Of a stretch of 64,000 nt of DNA, positions 50,545 through 62,521 are shown in pieces. Position numbers and translations under genes: made by a program. The stretch spans positions 3,100,001 through 3,164,000 of the forward strand of contig NC_043012.1 of NCBI RefSeq assembly GCF_006345805.1, given 5' to 3'. The stretch is from Octopus sinensis. Lineage: Eukaryota. The notes below the pieces were generated by a model. That model had not been told where the DNA came from. It worked only from the letters and a program-made list of their open reading frames with translations, and ran no database searches. Numbering within the stretch: position 1 is the stretch's first letter; each line of letters begins with the position of its first letter.

Positions 50545-53500
50545 TAGCAGGGGTACTGTAAGCCAATTTGAAACCCTTCAAGGGAGATGGGGAAAATAAT
50601 GAACAGCCAAATCACTAGTGTGCCCCTATCCCAAAAAATTGGGAAGAGTTCAGTATCCTTGGAACTCGTTTAAAACTTTTATTTAAAAGAAAAAAAATAT
50701 GATGAAGGGAGAGAATTATGAAAGCTAAAATAATACTTGGATAATATGAGTTATCTTTCCTTACATTGTCAAATTCTAGCATCGTAGTTGAAGTTACTGA
50801 AGTCAGTGAAAAAAATCTGAAGTTTATAGAAACACCATCACCATGCTTGTAAAGTTATTTCAAACGTGAAGAGATTCAAGTGGACAAAGCAATATATATC
50901 AAAGCACTTTTATTTCCATTTTTACAAAAAAAAAATTATAAAAAAAAGGAAAAGAGAAACAAAAAAAAAAATCAAAGTTGAAAAATTAACATTAATTTGC
51001 AATATGTTAATTCATGATGTTAGTTCTTGTAGACATTAAAATCTAAGTGGAACATTTTGCCCATGTTAGACATGAGTAGATCACTAACCATGCTAGTCTG
51101 AAGTGACTGATGAATAATCGGTGAAACAAGTTAGATATGGGATGAGCTAATTTAGTTAAAATAGCAGATTTTTTTTTAAAAGTGTTCAATTTGAGAGGAG
51201 AGTGTGGTAGGTGGACTGTCATGTGAGTGAAAATTGGAAGAATGGTCTACACCCCATTGATGGTATTTTACCCCCGCGCATACATATAAATACACACACA
51301 TCAATTGTCAGGTACAAGAGAAAATGTGTTTCAAGAAGCCAGTGAAATTGTTCTCATTGTCATATAATGTTTGATACCATTTATGAAAACAAAATAAAGA
51401 AGTATCATATTTGCTGGCTTATAAGTTTATTATTTTTTTTTTTGCTTAACAAATAAAAAAAATTACCTTGCAACTAATGTCACCATATTATGGATGGGAG
51501 ACCAAGTGTCATAAGCTAGGGAACCATAAGCTACTAATACTAAAATACTGAGAAAAGCCAAATTATCACAGACTGTTGAAAAATTGTTCACAGTACATCA
51601 GCAGTTAAATAAGAAAGTCACTTCATATCATGATTCATCCTTCCTCAGAATACATAATTCACACCTGATATGTGCCTTACCTTATTTAATGAATGTATTA
51701 CTTTTTAGAAACATTTATCTTCGATTTTCTAAATGAAAATTTCTCTTAGAGAGATGAAAGGAATGTTAAATTTTCATCCACTTATCGGCAATTTGCAACA
51801 AGTGGATAACAACAAAACAATAGCAGTGGTATACCACCCTGGTGGCTGATCACAACAGCAACACAAAACATCATAACCAAACATACAAGTTTTACATCCT
51901 ATGTGGAATTCTCTTGATGAAAATATAAACAACTATATGGTCAATCTGAAAGAAGATAAAACTGAAAGATGGTACTCCCAAAATGTAGTCTATTTATGAT
52001 AAATTTATGGTTTCATACTTTATTCAGTATACTGTCGTAATAGAATCATACATTTTCTCCCATAAAACCACTTTGAAATATCTTCTAATGAGTGTTTGAT
52101 GAAACACAGTGAATTTGTTTTTCTCATAAAATATCCATGTGAAATAGAAGTGCATCTCATGAGAGGATGTATCTTATATGCCAGCAAATACAGTAGTTGA
52201 AATAGAAATACTGTACAAAGCCAAATAAAAAGGAGGGAGAGGGCGTTTTTGTATCATTCATTAAAGAAATTAACTTTCAAATTATTAAATGAAAGAGAGG
52301 GTCCACAGATATACAGTATTGTCTGAGTTTTTATAGTTAATTTGTATCAACTCTTTATCATTTACTTTTTGTCATGTTCCCACTAGTTTAATAAATTTAG
52401 CACAAATAATCATAATACAGAATTAATTTCAGAAACATTTCCGTCACTGCTTGGAATAAAAACACTAAAACAGTTTTATAAAAAATTTATTTACAAAATC
52501 AAAAAAAGCAACAAACTTCTTAATAATGAAATAACAATATCAAACACTTACACTAGCTCCACCTTGAAATCTTTTTATCATGTAATTTTTTTCCTTTCAT
52601 TTTAGAATTATTTACTACTTTTTATCTTCCCTAGGAGCAGAGACTGTGTGAATGTTTTATACTAGTTATTGACATTGGAATGAAAATTTCACAGTTGGAT
52701 GAGCTCCCTAAACAGAAATAGGTCCTATTTAACCATACTTGACTGAGCTACGTAAGAATAAGACACTAAACCAAAAGATATAACACAATATTAGTAACAG
52801 CTAATATTGACTAGCTAGCAAGATGTTATGAAAGAGCGAGATAGCAGGAGGCACCACTGAGGATTCGCATGAGGTAAAAAAGAAATAACGATTTTTATGG
52901 TCAATGGCCAAGACCCAACTATAGCTTGTTCACTGTAATTAGCAGTAAATTGGGGTTATGGTATATTCATGGTACTTTGGTCAGCGAGTAAGCACAATGA
53001 CTACTGAACCATCATATGCCAATTGCTTAAATATAATCAGTATAACGTATCTGTGGGATGGTAATATGTTTCTAATTACACACACTTCAGAGCAGAGAAA
53101 TCAGCTCACAGCGTCCTATCTCTGAAAATTTCTGAAGAGGATAGCCTAACCCCGAAATATTGAAATGAAAAAATAAAAGTACAAACCATCAGCTTGCATG
53201 GTTCCTTATAACTGGAATTGTTTTAACTTTAAATAAAAATTAATTACATTTCTAATTGCATTGAAATTAAATTTTACAGGTAATGCTGCAACACATGGTA
53301 GCAGCTCATGTCTAGAAAGAGTGGACAAATTGAGAGCTGTCTTTTTTCCAGGGACACAGCAAAGCAAACCACTGAACGCAAATTAGCCCCTTAACTACTT
53401 AGCCTGATACAACACTAATAGTTACACGAAAGCAATATTATAATTACAAAGTAATTAAATTTTGTAATAATTTTATAGTTTTACACTTTCTTGTCTCAAA

Positions 53501-55754
53501 GAGAATTTTTTTCTCCATGACAAACTGCAGTGAAAAACCTTTCAAGGGTTCAATATCTCTCAAATGTATTTGAACTAGTATCAAGTTTGCTTATTCTCAA
53601 TTACTGTTTCACACATCCACTTATGAAATTGCTACAGCCTAGGATCCCATATACACCAACGGTCAATAGCTTTGACTTTTTTTTTAAAGTGAAGCTAAGA
53701 TTTTTAATCACTTCAGAGTTGCCTCTCTTTGATATCTAGTACTGGTGAGAAAAAAAAATTAGTTAAAAAAATGTATTTAACAGTCCTATGGAGAATATTC
53801 TGAGCTGATATGTTTTACACTTTTTTCTCTCAAGAGAGAATTTTTTCTCCATGGCAAACTGCAGAGAAAAGCTTTTTTACAGATTCAAATATATATCAAG
53901 CCTATTTGATCTGGCACCAATTATAGTATATTTATAATATGCTAGTTATTAAATTAGAGCATTTTTTGATTGATGTTTATCAAGAGAAAAGAGATTTTCT
54001 TTGATCTGAAGACCCAATTCTTGGTTTTTGTTATTCAGGCTAACACATTTGAGATCTAAGATTCCATGTTAGTAATATATAACAGGGTTTTCTTGATTTT
54101 TTATGTTTACGATGGTTAAGACTGACAGACATTAAAAATATGGAGAGATATTGGTTTGCAAGGCAATTAGTACTTAATAATGGTTTAAGTATGTTTAGGA
54201 TCATTAAAGGTACATCAACTGAGTAACATCTGGAGGTGTCAGATATTTTTCTTGGTGGAGCAAGACGTTTGTAAATCAGAACAGAATAAGAACCAGTTTT
54301 AGAAGCATCCACATATTCTTTTCTATAAAGTGATGATATTGAATTGGGAAGATTTTATGGAGAGGTAATAAAAAGATTTATCAAATTTGTAGATGTTTGA
54401 AGGCAAAGTTAAAATTAAATTCAGAATAAATACAGGGTTTGCTGAATACTGAGTTATTATCACAGAATAACAGAAGCTGTGTAGAATGTGAATGAAAGGG
54501 CTTGTAAAATTACAGAAGACAGAAAGAGTAAAATAGATAAATATTTGATTGTGACAAGCACCGATAATGTGTTGCATTATGAAAGTCATTTGCAAAATTA
54601 ATAACTTCTTGGCAAAAGTTTCAATGAATATATATAAAAGATATATAATATCTGTGCAAGATTTACAAAATCTGAAAAATTATTCATTGAGCTGCCACAC
54701 AATAATTTATGAACCACTTTAGAGATGGTGATTTTTTTTCTTGGTGTTAAAAAGAAGTTGGAAATATAACATGCAGCCTAAAAAAGGATGAGTTCTGAGT
54801 AGGCTTTTTCTTTTAATAATAAAACACTTTTTTTAAAGAAAGCATCAAGAAACTTGTCATATCTCCATTTCAGTCACATATATATTTTTTTCATGGATCA
54901 GCAAGTTCCTCACTCTTTCAAACATTTTATTTACATTTTATTCTTCATTAAAAAGAAAAATATTGTGAAAATGTGTAGGCATATTGCTAAGGCCATGCTG
55001 GAGCAACATTGATTGAAAAGCCAAAATATACATTTCAAAATAGAGAATATTTGAATATTTAAAATAACTGAAATCAGTTATGAATATATTTCTGTCGCTA
55101 TAATTATTTGCAGAGTAGCAGAAGATTTGATTTAGCCATGGAACTGTTATTTTAAGTGAAACTTTTAAAGCTCAACATTTTACATGGATTCAAGCAAGAA
55201 TTTATTTATTTACAAAATTCTAAAAAAAAAAAAAATGAATTAAAAAAAAACAAAAACAGTTCTGAACAAATATAAGCTAAAACTTCCTTTCACCATGGTT
55301 TATATTTGGTAACAGAGATATTCTTGGAAATTCATTAATATAAGAATAAAAAAATTTCTGATATGTCCATATATTCAAAATACTTTAATATCAGACAGTA
55401 AAAAGTTTAAACCAAATATTTCAGTAAAAGTTAAGAATATTGATATTTCAGCCTCAGAAAACATGAGGCTCATCTTGAATGTATAAATTACAAATAAAAA
55501 AATTTTTGAAATCACAAAAATCAACCAAAAAATAAATTGGTAGGGCTTAAAATAGAACGGTCTAAAATATTTCTTTTTGAAATATTGACCTTTAAACTAG
55601 GGCTACTGTGTTAATATAACAAAAACAAAAATTAAAATTTTCTCTGAAGGTATTAAAAACAAAATAAAAATAATAAAGCTTGTATATAGAAAATGACATT
55701 GTAATTGTGCTCAAAATGGAATGTCTTAAGATAGCAAAACCTTTACTTTTAGCA
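50545..55754 (-). other. Putative long 3' UTR of the TM6SF1-like gene
   Basis: Follows the minus-strand stop; no recognisable SINE for about 5.2 kb; plus-strand A-tracts (U-tracts in the mRNA). The 3' end is not determined. Confidence 0.45.
53478..53925. repeat. Diverged ~110-bp direct duplication, 334 bp apart
   Basis: GTTTTACACTTT...AGAGAATTTTTT(T)CTCCATG(A/G)CAAACTGCAG(T/A)GAAAA at 53478 and 53812. Confidence 0.75.
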
Positions 55755-56177
55755 TCACTTAGGTTGCAAAGCAATTTTTCGGTTTCTGGAAGCATTCTCA
55801 ACAAGTCGATCAATAGCATCCAGCGATTCTTGACTGTTCATCGTTGCCATTGATCTTTTTATATCAGGACCTTCTTCTTCCACAATTGGCACAACTTTGG
55901 ATTGGCAGTAAATCATAAACAGTTGTGGTACCATAAGCAATGAGAGATTAATACCCCAGAAGGTAATCCAGTGAGATGTCCTCTGTGGTACTCGGAGGCT
56001 GTAAGGTGTTCGATAATGCAGAGAGGATCCAATGTGAGAGAATTGGGCTTGAGCTGCGGCTCCGGCATGGATGAACGAGAAATCTATGACCCAACTAATT
56101 AAAGATGTTTGTGTCGATAGAAGGAAGATTATCATGGATATATAATATGGCAAAAAGTAGAACAGATAAACCAACAT
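55755..56177 (-). CDS. TM6SF1-like: TM6SF1-like terminal coding exon
   Basis: Acceptor tttattttccag|ATG, stop TGA at 55757-55755. [12 protein letters not shown]...[29 protein letters not shown] matches recalled TM6SF1 [29 protein letters not shown]. Confidence 0.96.
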   Translation of the reverse strand: [140 protein letters not shown]

Positions 56178-56451
56178 CTGGAAAAATAAACACACAAAAG
56201 AAAGACTTTAAAAAACAAAAGGAAAAAAAACATGAAATAGCTAAAGCTAGTTGCATCATAAGCTAAAATATGTAACACATTTTAATAACAAGTAGGAGTG
56301 GCTGTGTGGTAAGTAGCTTGCTTATGAACCACATGGTTCCGGGTTCAGTCCCACTGCATGGCACCTTGGGCAAGTGTCTTCTACAATAGCCTTGGGCCGA
56401 CCAAAGCTTGTGAGTGGATCTAGTAAAATCCACTACTGAAAGAAGCCCGTC

Positions 56452-56513
<62 letters not shown>

Positions 56514-57198
56514 GTGTTTGTGTGTCTGTGTTTATCTCCCCCCAACATCGCTTAACAACTGATGCTGGTGTGTTTACGTCCCTGTAACCTAGCGGTTCTG
56601 CAATAAAATTATGGAATTTGAACTCAGAACGTAAAGACAGATGAAATGCCTCTACAAATTTCATCCATGCGAACAATTCTGCCAGGTCACCGCCTTATTC
56701 TATACCAAGAATATTTATATCTGAAAACTCTGAATAACTTGGCATCTTCTCTTACACTATTTCGTCCGTAGCAAACTGTTCCCATGTTATCCACAGACTC
56801 GTGAAATTTGCGATGCCGTCACACAATTAGTTGGCAATTAGTCTACAAGATCTATAATGAGATGCGTCACCATCATCTCAAAATCCACTGTTGCATGCTT
56901 GTGTGGGTTACATGGAATTCAGTGAGGTAGATTTTCTGTGTATGGATGCCCTTCACATTGCCAATTAAGGTAATATTTTCCTCTGGCTGGACATGTTTTT
57001 ACTGAAGATTGGAAATGAAGGACACTGCTTGTATGATGGTGACACTCATTTACAACTATCATGTGATTTCAAGACAACTTGTCACTAATACACACAACAT
57101 GTGGAGCCAACACAGGTGCTTCTTACATGGTGCCCACACAGGTGTTCTTTACATGGCACCAGCATGGTTACCCTTTACCACAACTATATTGCCCAATA

Positions 57199-58086
57199 TA
57201 CGAGGTCTGACCAATAAGTGCCCGGACTGTTGTCATAGTAACAAAGCTAAAGCACGCAGAGTGAAGCCGCTAGGCACAGATTGCCCTTGACCTCTGCTGT
57301 GCATGTGCACTAAGTTTTAACAATCTAGCTCACTTCTACTGCTTACAGCAATACTCTGAAGTAACATGTGTAATGTGTGATAGTCGCATTGACCATAAGA
57401 GAAAGTTGTCGTGGTGATACCTGCTCAAGAGGCCTATGCAAAGTTACAGAAAGTGTATGGAGAGGAGTGTATGAGCCACACACAAGTGTAAGAGTGGTTC
57501 AGACGTTTCCAAAATGGCCGAACAAACGACAATATTGATGAACATTCTGGGAGACCTGCAACCAGCAGAACCGAGAAAAACTTTGCAGATGTGTGTGCAT
57601 CTGTGAGGGGAAATCATCGAATCCCCATCCGTAAATTATCAGAGGATGTGCAGATTAGTTACAGTTCAGTTCAGTCCATTATCACTGAAGATTTGGGTAT
57701 GAGATGCATGTCTGTCAAGTTTGTGCCAAAACTGCATTCAGCTGACCAAGAAGACACTCGGGTTTCAATTGCACAAGATCTCCTTGATTGTGTCAAGAAC
57801 AATGAAAAGTATTTGAAAACTTTGTGTAGGCCTCTGAGCAGGTATTGCCAAAAATTTGGTGCAGATTCTCTGCTCAACTTTCTCTGTCATGGTCAATGCG
57901 ACAATCACACACTACACACCTTCCTTCCAAGCAGTGCTGTAAACAGCGGGAGTGAGCTAGAACCTTAAAACATAGTGCACATGCACAGCGGAGTTCAAGG
58001 TCAGTCTGTGCCAAGTGGCTTCACTCTGCATGCTTTAGCTTTGTTACTATGGCAACAGTCCAGATACTTATTGATCAGACCTTGTA
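57199..58086. mobile_element. Non-autonomous mariner derivative with long inverted arms (two 5' ends)
   Basis: TA|CGAGGTCTGACCAATAAG at the left end and its near-complement ...CTTATTGATCAGACCTTG|TA at the right. Arms about 57199-57445 and 57818-58086. The middle encodes decayed mariner N-terminal/HTH sequence (EAYAKLQKVYGEECMS...EWFRRF...SGRP...IITEDLGMR...KFVPK). Confidence 0.88.
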
Positions 58087-58544
58087 TCTTTCCTTTTTGA
58101 AGAAAATAAGGGTTGTGATTTGAGGAACAATTGGCAAGTGGCTCAAGTGACTACGTCGATACCTGCTCATTAGTTTATAACTATATTGTTATTGTTCAGA
58201 AATAGCACCATTTTCAGAGAGCTGTCACTGTCTCAAATAGGACTTTATGGACACAATAGATTGAAATGAATAAATATCCCAGTATCAACCAGGCTATCAG
58301 AGGTTGTTACACATAGCTGGTCACAATGCATTTTCTGGCATTGTTGTAGCTTTTGAATAATGGCACCCTGCTGGTTAGGCAGATAGGCCAACATCCCCCA
58401 CCCTGAATGGGATACCAGTCTATCATGGGGTTACAGATTTACGGCTGAGTGGATTGCTCTACTAGTCTAGGAATCAAAACCACAATTGCAAGATTAGTGC
58501 AACACTCCAATCACTAGGCTATGTGCCTTCACAAATAAATATAA

Positions 58545-58990
58545 TCATGGTGATGCATGTAAAAAGCACCATCCGAATGTGGTTGATGCCAGTGCTGCCT
58601 GACTGGCTCTTATGTTGGTGGCACGTAAAAAGGACTATCCGAATGTGGTTGATGCCAGGCTCACCTGACTGGCTTTTGTGCCGGTAGCACATAAAAAGAA
58701 CCATCCGAACGTGGTCAATACCAGGCTCACCTGATTGGCTCCTGTGCTGGTGGCACGTAAAAAGCACCATCTGAATGTGGTCGATGTCAGGGCCACCTGA
58801 CTGGTTCCTGTGCCAGTGGCACATAAAAAGCACCCACTACACTCTCGGAGTGGTTGGAAGGGTATCCAGCTGTACAAACATTGCAAGATCAGATTGGAGC
58901 CCGGTGCAGTCGCTGGCTTTCCAGACCTCAGTCAAGCCGTCCAAACCATGACAAAATGGAAAATGGGCATTAAACAATGATGATGATGAT
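58545..58990 (+). mobile_element. Family C copy with four 66-bp internal tandem units
   Basis: Units start at 58556, 58622, 58688, 58754 and 58820 (exact 66-bp period), followed by the family C 3' end and GAT tail. Confidence 0.85.
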
Positions 58991-59029
58991 AATGACGATA
59001 GAAATATAAAACTCTGTGAGATAACTTAC

Positions 59030-59119
59030 TTGTATTTTAGGGAAAGCTGAAGGATCCATCAAATAAGGTTCCATATTAATCAAGTAGTACTTGAAAATGT
59101 GGTCACCACCAAGAACAGC
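59030..59119 (-). CDS. TM6SF1-like: TM6SF1-like internal exon
   Basis: Acceptor ...ttctggtctaaag|GCT and donor CAA|GTAAGT; 90 nt. AVLGGDHIFKYYLINMEPYLMDPSAFPKIQ matches the family motif EPYLxDPxAyPKIQ. Confidence 0.92.
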
Positions 59120-59619
59120 CTTTAGACCAGAAAAAGAGGGAAAGAGAAAAAGAAATAATATAGATGCAATTGTTAGAAACATGACAAGTAAAGAGATAAA
59201 GCAGAACAAAAAGAAAATCGATTTCAAACTTTAGCACAAGGCCAGCAAGTTCAGGCAAGGGGGATAAATCAATTACATCAACCCCAATGCTCATCATCAT
59301 GTCTTTTAAATCCAGGTTTTGCTCCTATTAATGGGGTGGCTGGATCTACCTCAATGCCATTGCAACCGAGGCAGGCAGGTGCAACCCACCCCAACCTTTG
59401 GGCAGGCTGGCTGGTGCCCATTCTCCCTGGCTATCATGAGACTTTTTTTGGAGCTGTACTGTCTATGGGGAGCATGCCCTTGCTTACTCTCAACCTCAGT
59501 TTCTATGAGTGGTCCTGAGACCAAGGCCTCTACCACGATTTTTAAGAAATGTGGTGGAAAACTAGCTCAGGAAGACAGGGACGCTACTCCCTGAGACCCC
59601 TTTCGGAGCCCCCCACTAC

Positions 59620-60145
59620 CTAAGCTGGTGCTTATTTTATCAACCTTGAAAAGATGAAAGGCAAAGTTGACCTCAGCAGAATTTGAACTCGGAACATAAA
59701 GATGAATGAAATGTTGCTAAACATATTTGCCTGGCATGCAAACGATTCTTTTCTACTCTAGGCACAAGGCCCGAAATTTTGGGGGAGGGGGAGTCGATTA
59801 GACCGACCCCAGTACACAACTGGTACTTAATTTATTGACCCCCAAAAGGATGAAAGGCAAAGTCGACCTCGGCAGAATTTGAACTCACAACGTAAAGACA
59901 GATGAAATACCTATTTCTTTACTACCCACAAGGGGCTAAACACAGAGAGGACAAACAAGGACAGACAAATGGATTAAGTCGATTATATTGACCCCAGTGC
60001 GTAACTGGTCCTTTATTTAGCTACCCTGAAAGTATGAAAGTCAAAGTCGACCTCAACAGAATTTGAACTCAGAACATAACGTCAGATGAAATACTGCTAA
60101 GCATTTCGCCTGGCATGCTAACATTTGTACCAGCTCACTGCCTTA
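59620..60145 (-). mobile_element. Cluster of three tandem/nested family A SINEs
   Basis: Three copies of AAAGGCAAAGT(C/T)GACCTC...ATTTGAACTC; one tail-1 copy abuts the interior of a tail-2 copy at GATGAAATACC (about 59910). Confidence 0.8.
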
Positions 60146-60275
60146 AGCAAAACAAAATATAAAAAGTTTATATTACACCAAATATATTTCCATTTTATCA
60201 ATCACATTGGAGAAATACTTTGGAATTAACATAGCCTTCTAATAAGAGTTTTGTTTTTATTGAGAAATATATTAC

Positions 60276-60438
60276 AGGCGTAGGAGTGGCTGTGTGGTAA
60301 GTAGCTTGCTTACCAACCACATGGTTCCAGGTTCAGTCCCACTGCGTGGCACCTTGGGCAAGTGTCTTCTACTATAGCCTTGAGCTGACCAAAGCCTTGT
60401 GAGTGGATTCGGTAGACAGAAACTGAAAGACGCCCGTC

Positions 60439-60478
<40 letters not shown>

Positions 60479-60680
60479 GTGTGTGTCTGTGTTTGTCCCC
60501 CAACACTGCTTGACAACCGATGCTGGTGTGTTTACGTCTCCATAACTTAGCAGTTCGGCAAAAGAGACCGATAGAATAAGTACTAGGCTTACAAAGAATA
60601 AGTCCTGGGGCCAATTTGCTTGACTAAAGGCGGTACTCCAGCATGGCCACAGTCAAATGACTGAAACAAGTAAAAGAGTA
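60276..60680 (+). mobile_element. SINE family B (bipartite, internal TA/TG microsatellite), full length
   Basis: GGCGTAGGAGTGGCTGTGTGGTAAG...GGTTCAGTCCC (A/B-box-like)...ACCTTGGGCAAGTG...(TA)(TG)n...GACTGAAACAAGTAAAAGAG. Confidence 0.88.
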
Positions 60681-60803
60681 CCATATTTTCTGGTATACAA
60701 ACTGATGTAGTATATAGTGTAAAAACAACAAACATTCAATCATCATTATCTTCCCAAATCCTGTTCCATTTCACATGGAATTTTTGGTCCTTCAAAGTCG
60801 TCT

Positions 60804-61036
60804 TATTTCTTTACTGCCCACAAGGGGCTACACACAAAGGGGACAAACTAGGACAGACAAACGGATTAAGTCGATTGTAACGACCCCAGTGCGTAACTGG
60901 TACTTATTTAATCGACCCCGAAAGGATGAAAGGCAAAGTCGACCTCGGCGGAATTTGAACTCACAACATAACGGCAGACGAAATACCGCTAAGCATTTCG
61001 TCCGACGCACTAACGTTTCTGCCAGCTCGCTGCCTT
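60804..61036 (-). mobile_element. SINE family A (tail type 1)
   Basis: Reverse copy; CAAAGTCGTCTT at 60793-60804 and 61041-61052. Confidence 0.87.
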
Positions 61037-61507
61037 CCTCCAAAGTCGTCTTGGTGTATAAGATGACCTACCCTTTTTTGGCTGTAAATTTTGGTCTGAA
61101 AAATTCACCTTGTATACCAAAAAAATGCACATCAAGTTATTCAAACATTTTGTAGACTTGACAGACAAAATGGCAAACATGTTACTTGAAGAAAGCACCA
61201 GAGGTGTGCTGAAAGAACCATACCATCTTGGAAAACCACAGTTGATAATATCAATGAAGATGGTAGGTAAGGAAAGCGTCCAGTGATGAAGTAGCAGGCT
61301 GACAGGCAGAGTCAAAAACATCTGCTGTATGTCTGCCATGGCATTTATGCCACTTTCAGTTCTGATGTCCAATCTTTATGTGAAACACTGATTTAGAGGC
61401 AAAGGTTGTCTAGTTGGATACCAGTCAACCATTAGGTTTTGTTTTTGACTAGCTATTTTTGCCTTAGAGTGAATATTGAAAAATTATTTAAACATAAAAT
61501 TACTTAC

Positions 61508-61591
61508 AAAAGCACGTAAAACAGCAACTAGACTTGCACCCAAGAAGAAGATGAGGAAAAGGATAGCTTTGGGATTCTTTTTAAGAAATGC
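61508..61591 (-). CDS. TM6SF1-like: TM6SF1-like internal exon
   Basis: Acceptor ttattttacag|GCA and donor TTT|GTAAGT; 84 nt, phase 0-0. AFLKKNPKAILFLIFFLGASLVAVLRAF is a hydrophobic helix ending LRAF (human LFRGL). Missed by the ORF track. Confidence 0.88.
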
Positions 61592-61907
61592 CTGTAAAAT
61601 AAAGAATTTTTGTTAGACACAATATTTAATTTATATAATGTGCAATCTCTCCTGTTAAGATGGTTTCGCAGGAAACAATCATAAAATTTGTCTCAAAATC
61701 AAATATGTTGCATTTAAGGAATTAAGGTATTTCACTACTAAACAAAGATGACATAAGTTCAAAATCCAGATATCAACATGAAATTATACCCTTGCTCAAA
61801 CTTTACTGGTTTCAATCAATCTAGCAACTCCACAAATGGTTTAAGATGTCTATTAGACTCCTTCATGCAAAACTCTTAACTTGTAGCACTATCTAACCCC
61901 CTTTTTT

Positions 61908-62111
61908 TTAACCCTTTAGCATTCAAGTTACTCTTATTTATTCACATTGTTTTGAATTAATCATGCATAATTTTGTAGTTTTGAGATTTTGTTAATATGA
62001 TTGGTTATTTTTTGAATTACAGGATAGATACAAGAGGCTAGATCTGACAAGTTTAAAGATAAAACAGAATAATTTGGACAGGTATGGCCAGTTTAAATGC
62101 TATAAGGTTAA
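61908..62111 (+). mobile_element. piggyBac-type MITE, family 2
   Basis: TTAA|CCCTTTAGCATT ... AATGCTATAAGG|TTAA. Confidence 0.78.
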
Positions 62112-62489
62112 CAGCTCAGTCAAGAGGAAGAAAGGTAATGTCCATGACCAGTTTCTGAGACTGGTGGGAACAAATTATCCTTGAGTTGAAGACCTATCCC
62201 AAAAGTTTGTAATAAAATAGAGGGGTTGATGTAATTGTCTGATACCCTCCTCCAAAGCTGATGGCCTTGTGCCAAAATTATTATTATCATTATAGCATGC
62301 CAAGCAGGCAAAATGCTCTGTGGCATTTGGTCTGTCTGCACATTCTGAGTTCAAATTCCACCTTTCATCTTTTTGGGGTTGATAAATTAAGTACCAGCTG
62401 AGTATTGACGTCAATATAATTGACTATCCCCCTCCCCTATATTCCAGGCCTTGTGCCTATAATAGAAAGGGTAATTATTATAATTATCA

Positions 62490-62521
<32 letters not shown>

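Noticed and set aside
54040-54595. Minus-strand ORFs downstream of the TM6SF stop as extra exons or a second gene
   Set aside because: No recognisable domain, AT-rich composition and no convincing splice sites; consistent with UTR.
57591-57968. 125-aa ORF as a domesticated transposase gene
   Set aside because: Upstream frame broken by stops and indels, no catalytic DD34D domain, no splice signals linking it to a host gene.
58556-58835. CRISPR-like regularly spaced repeat array
   Set aside because: Eukaryotic context, no unique spacers and no cas genes; the whole 66-bp unit repeats inside a SINE-like element.
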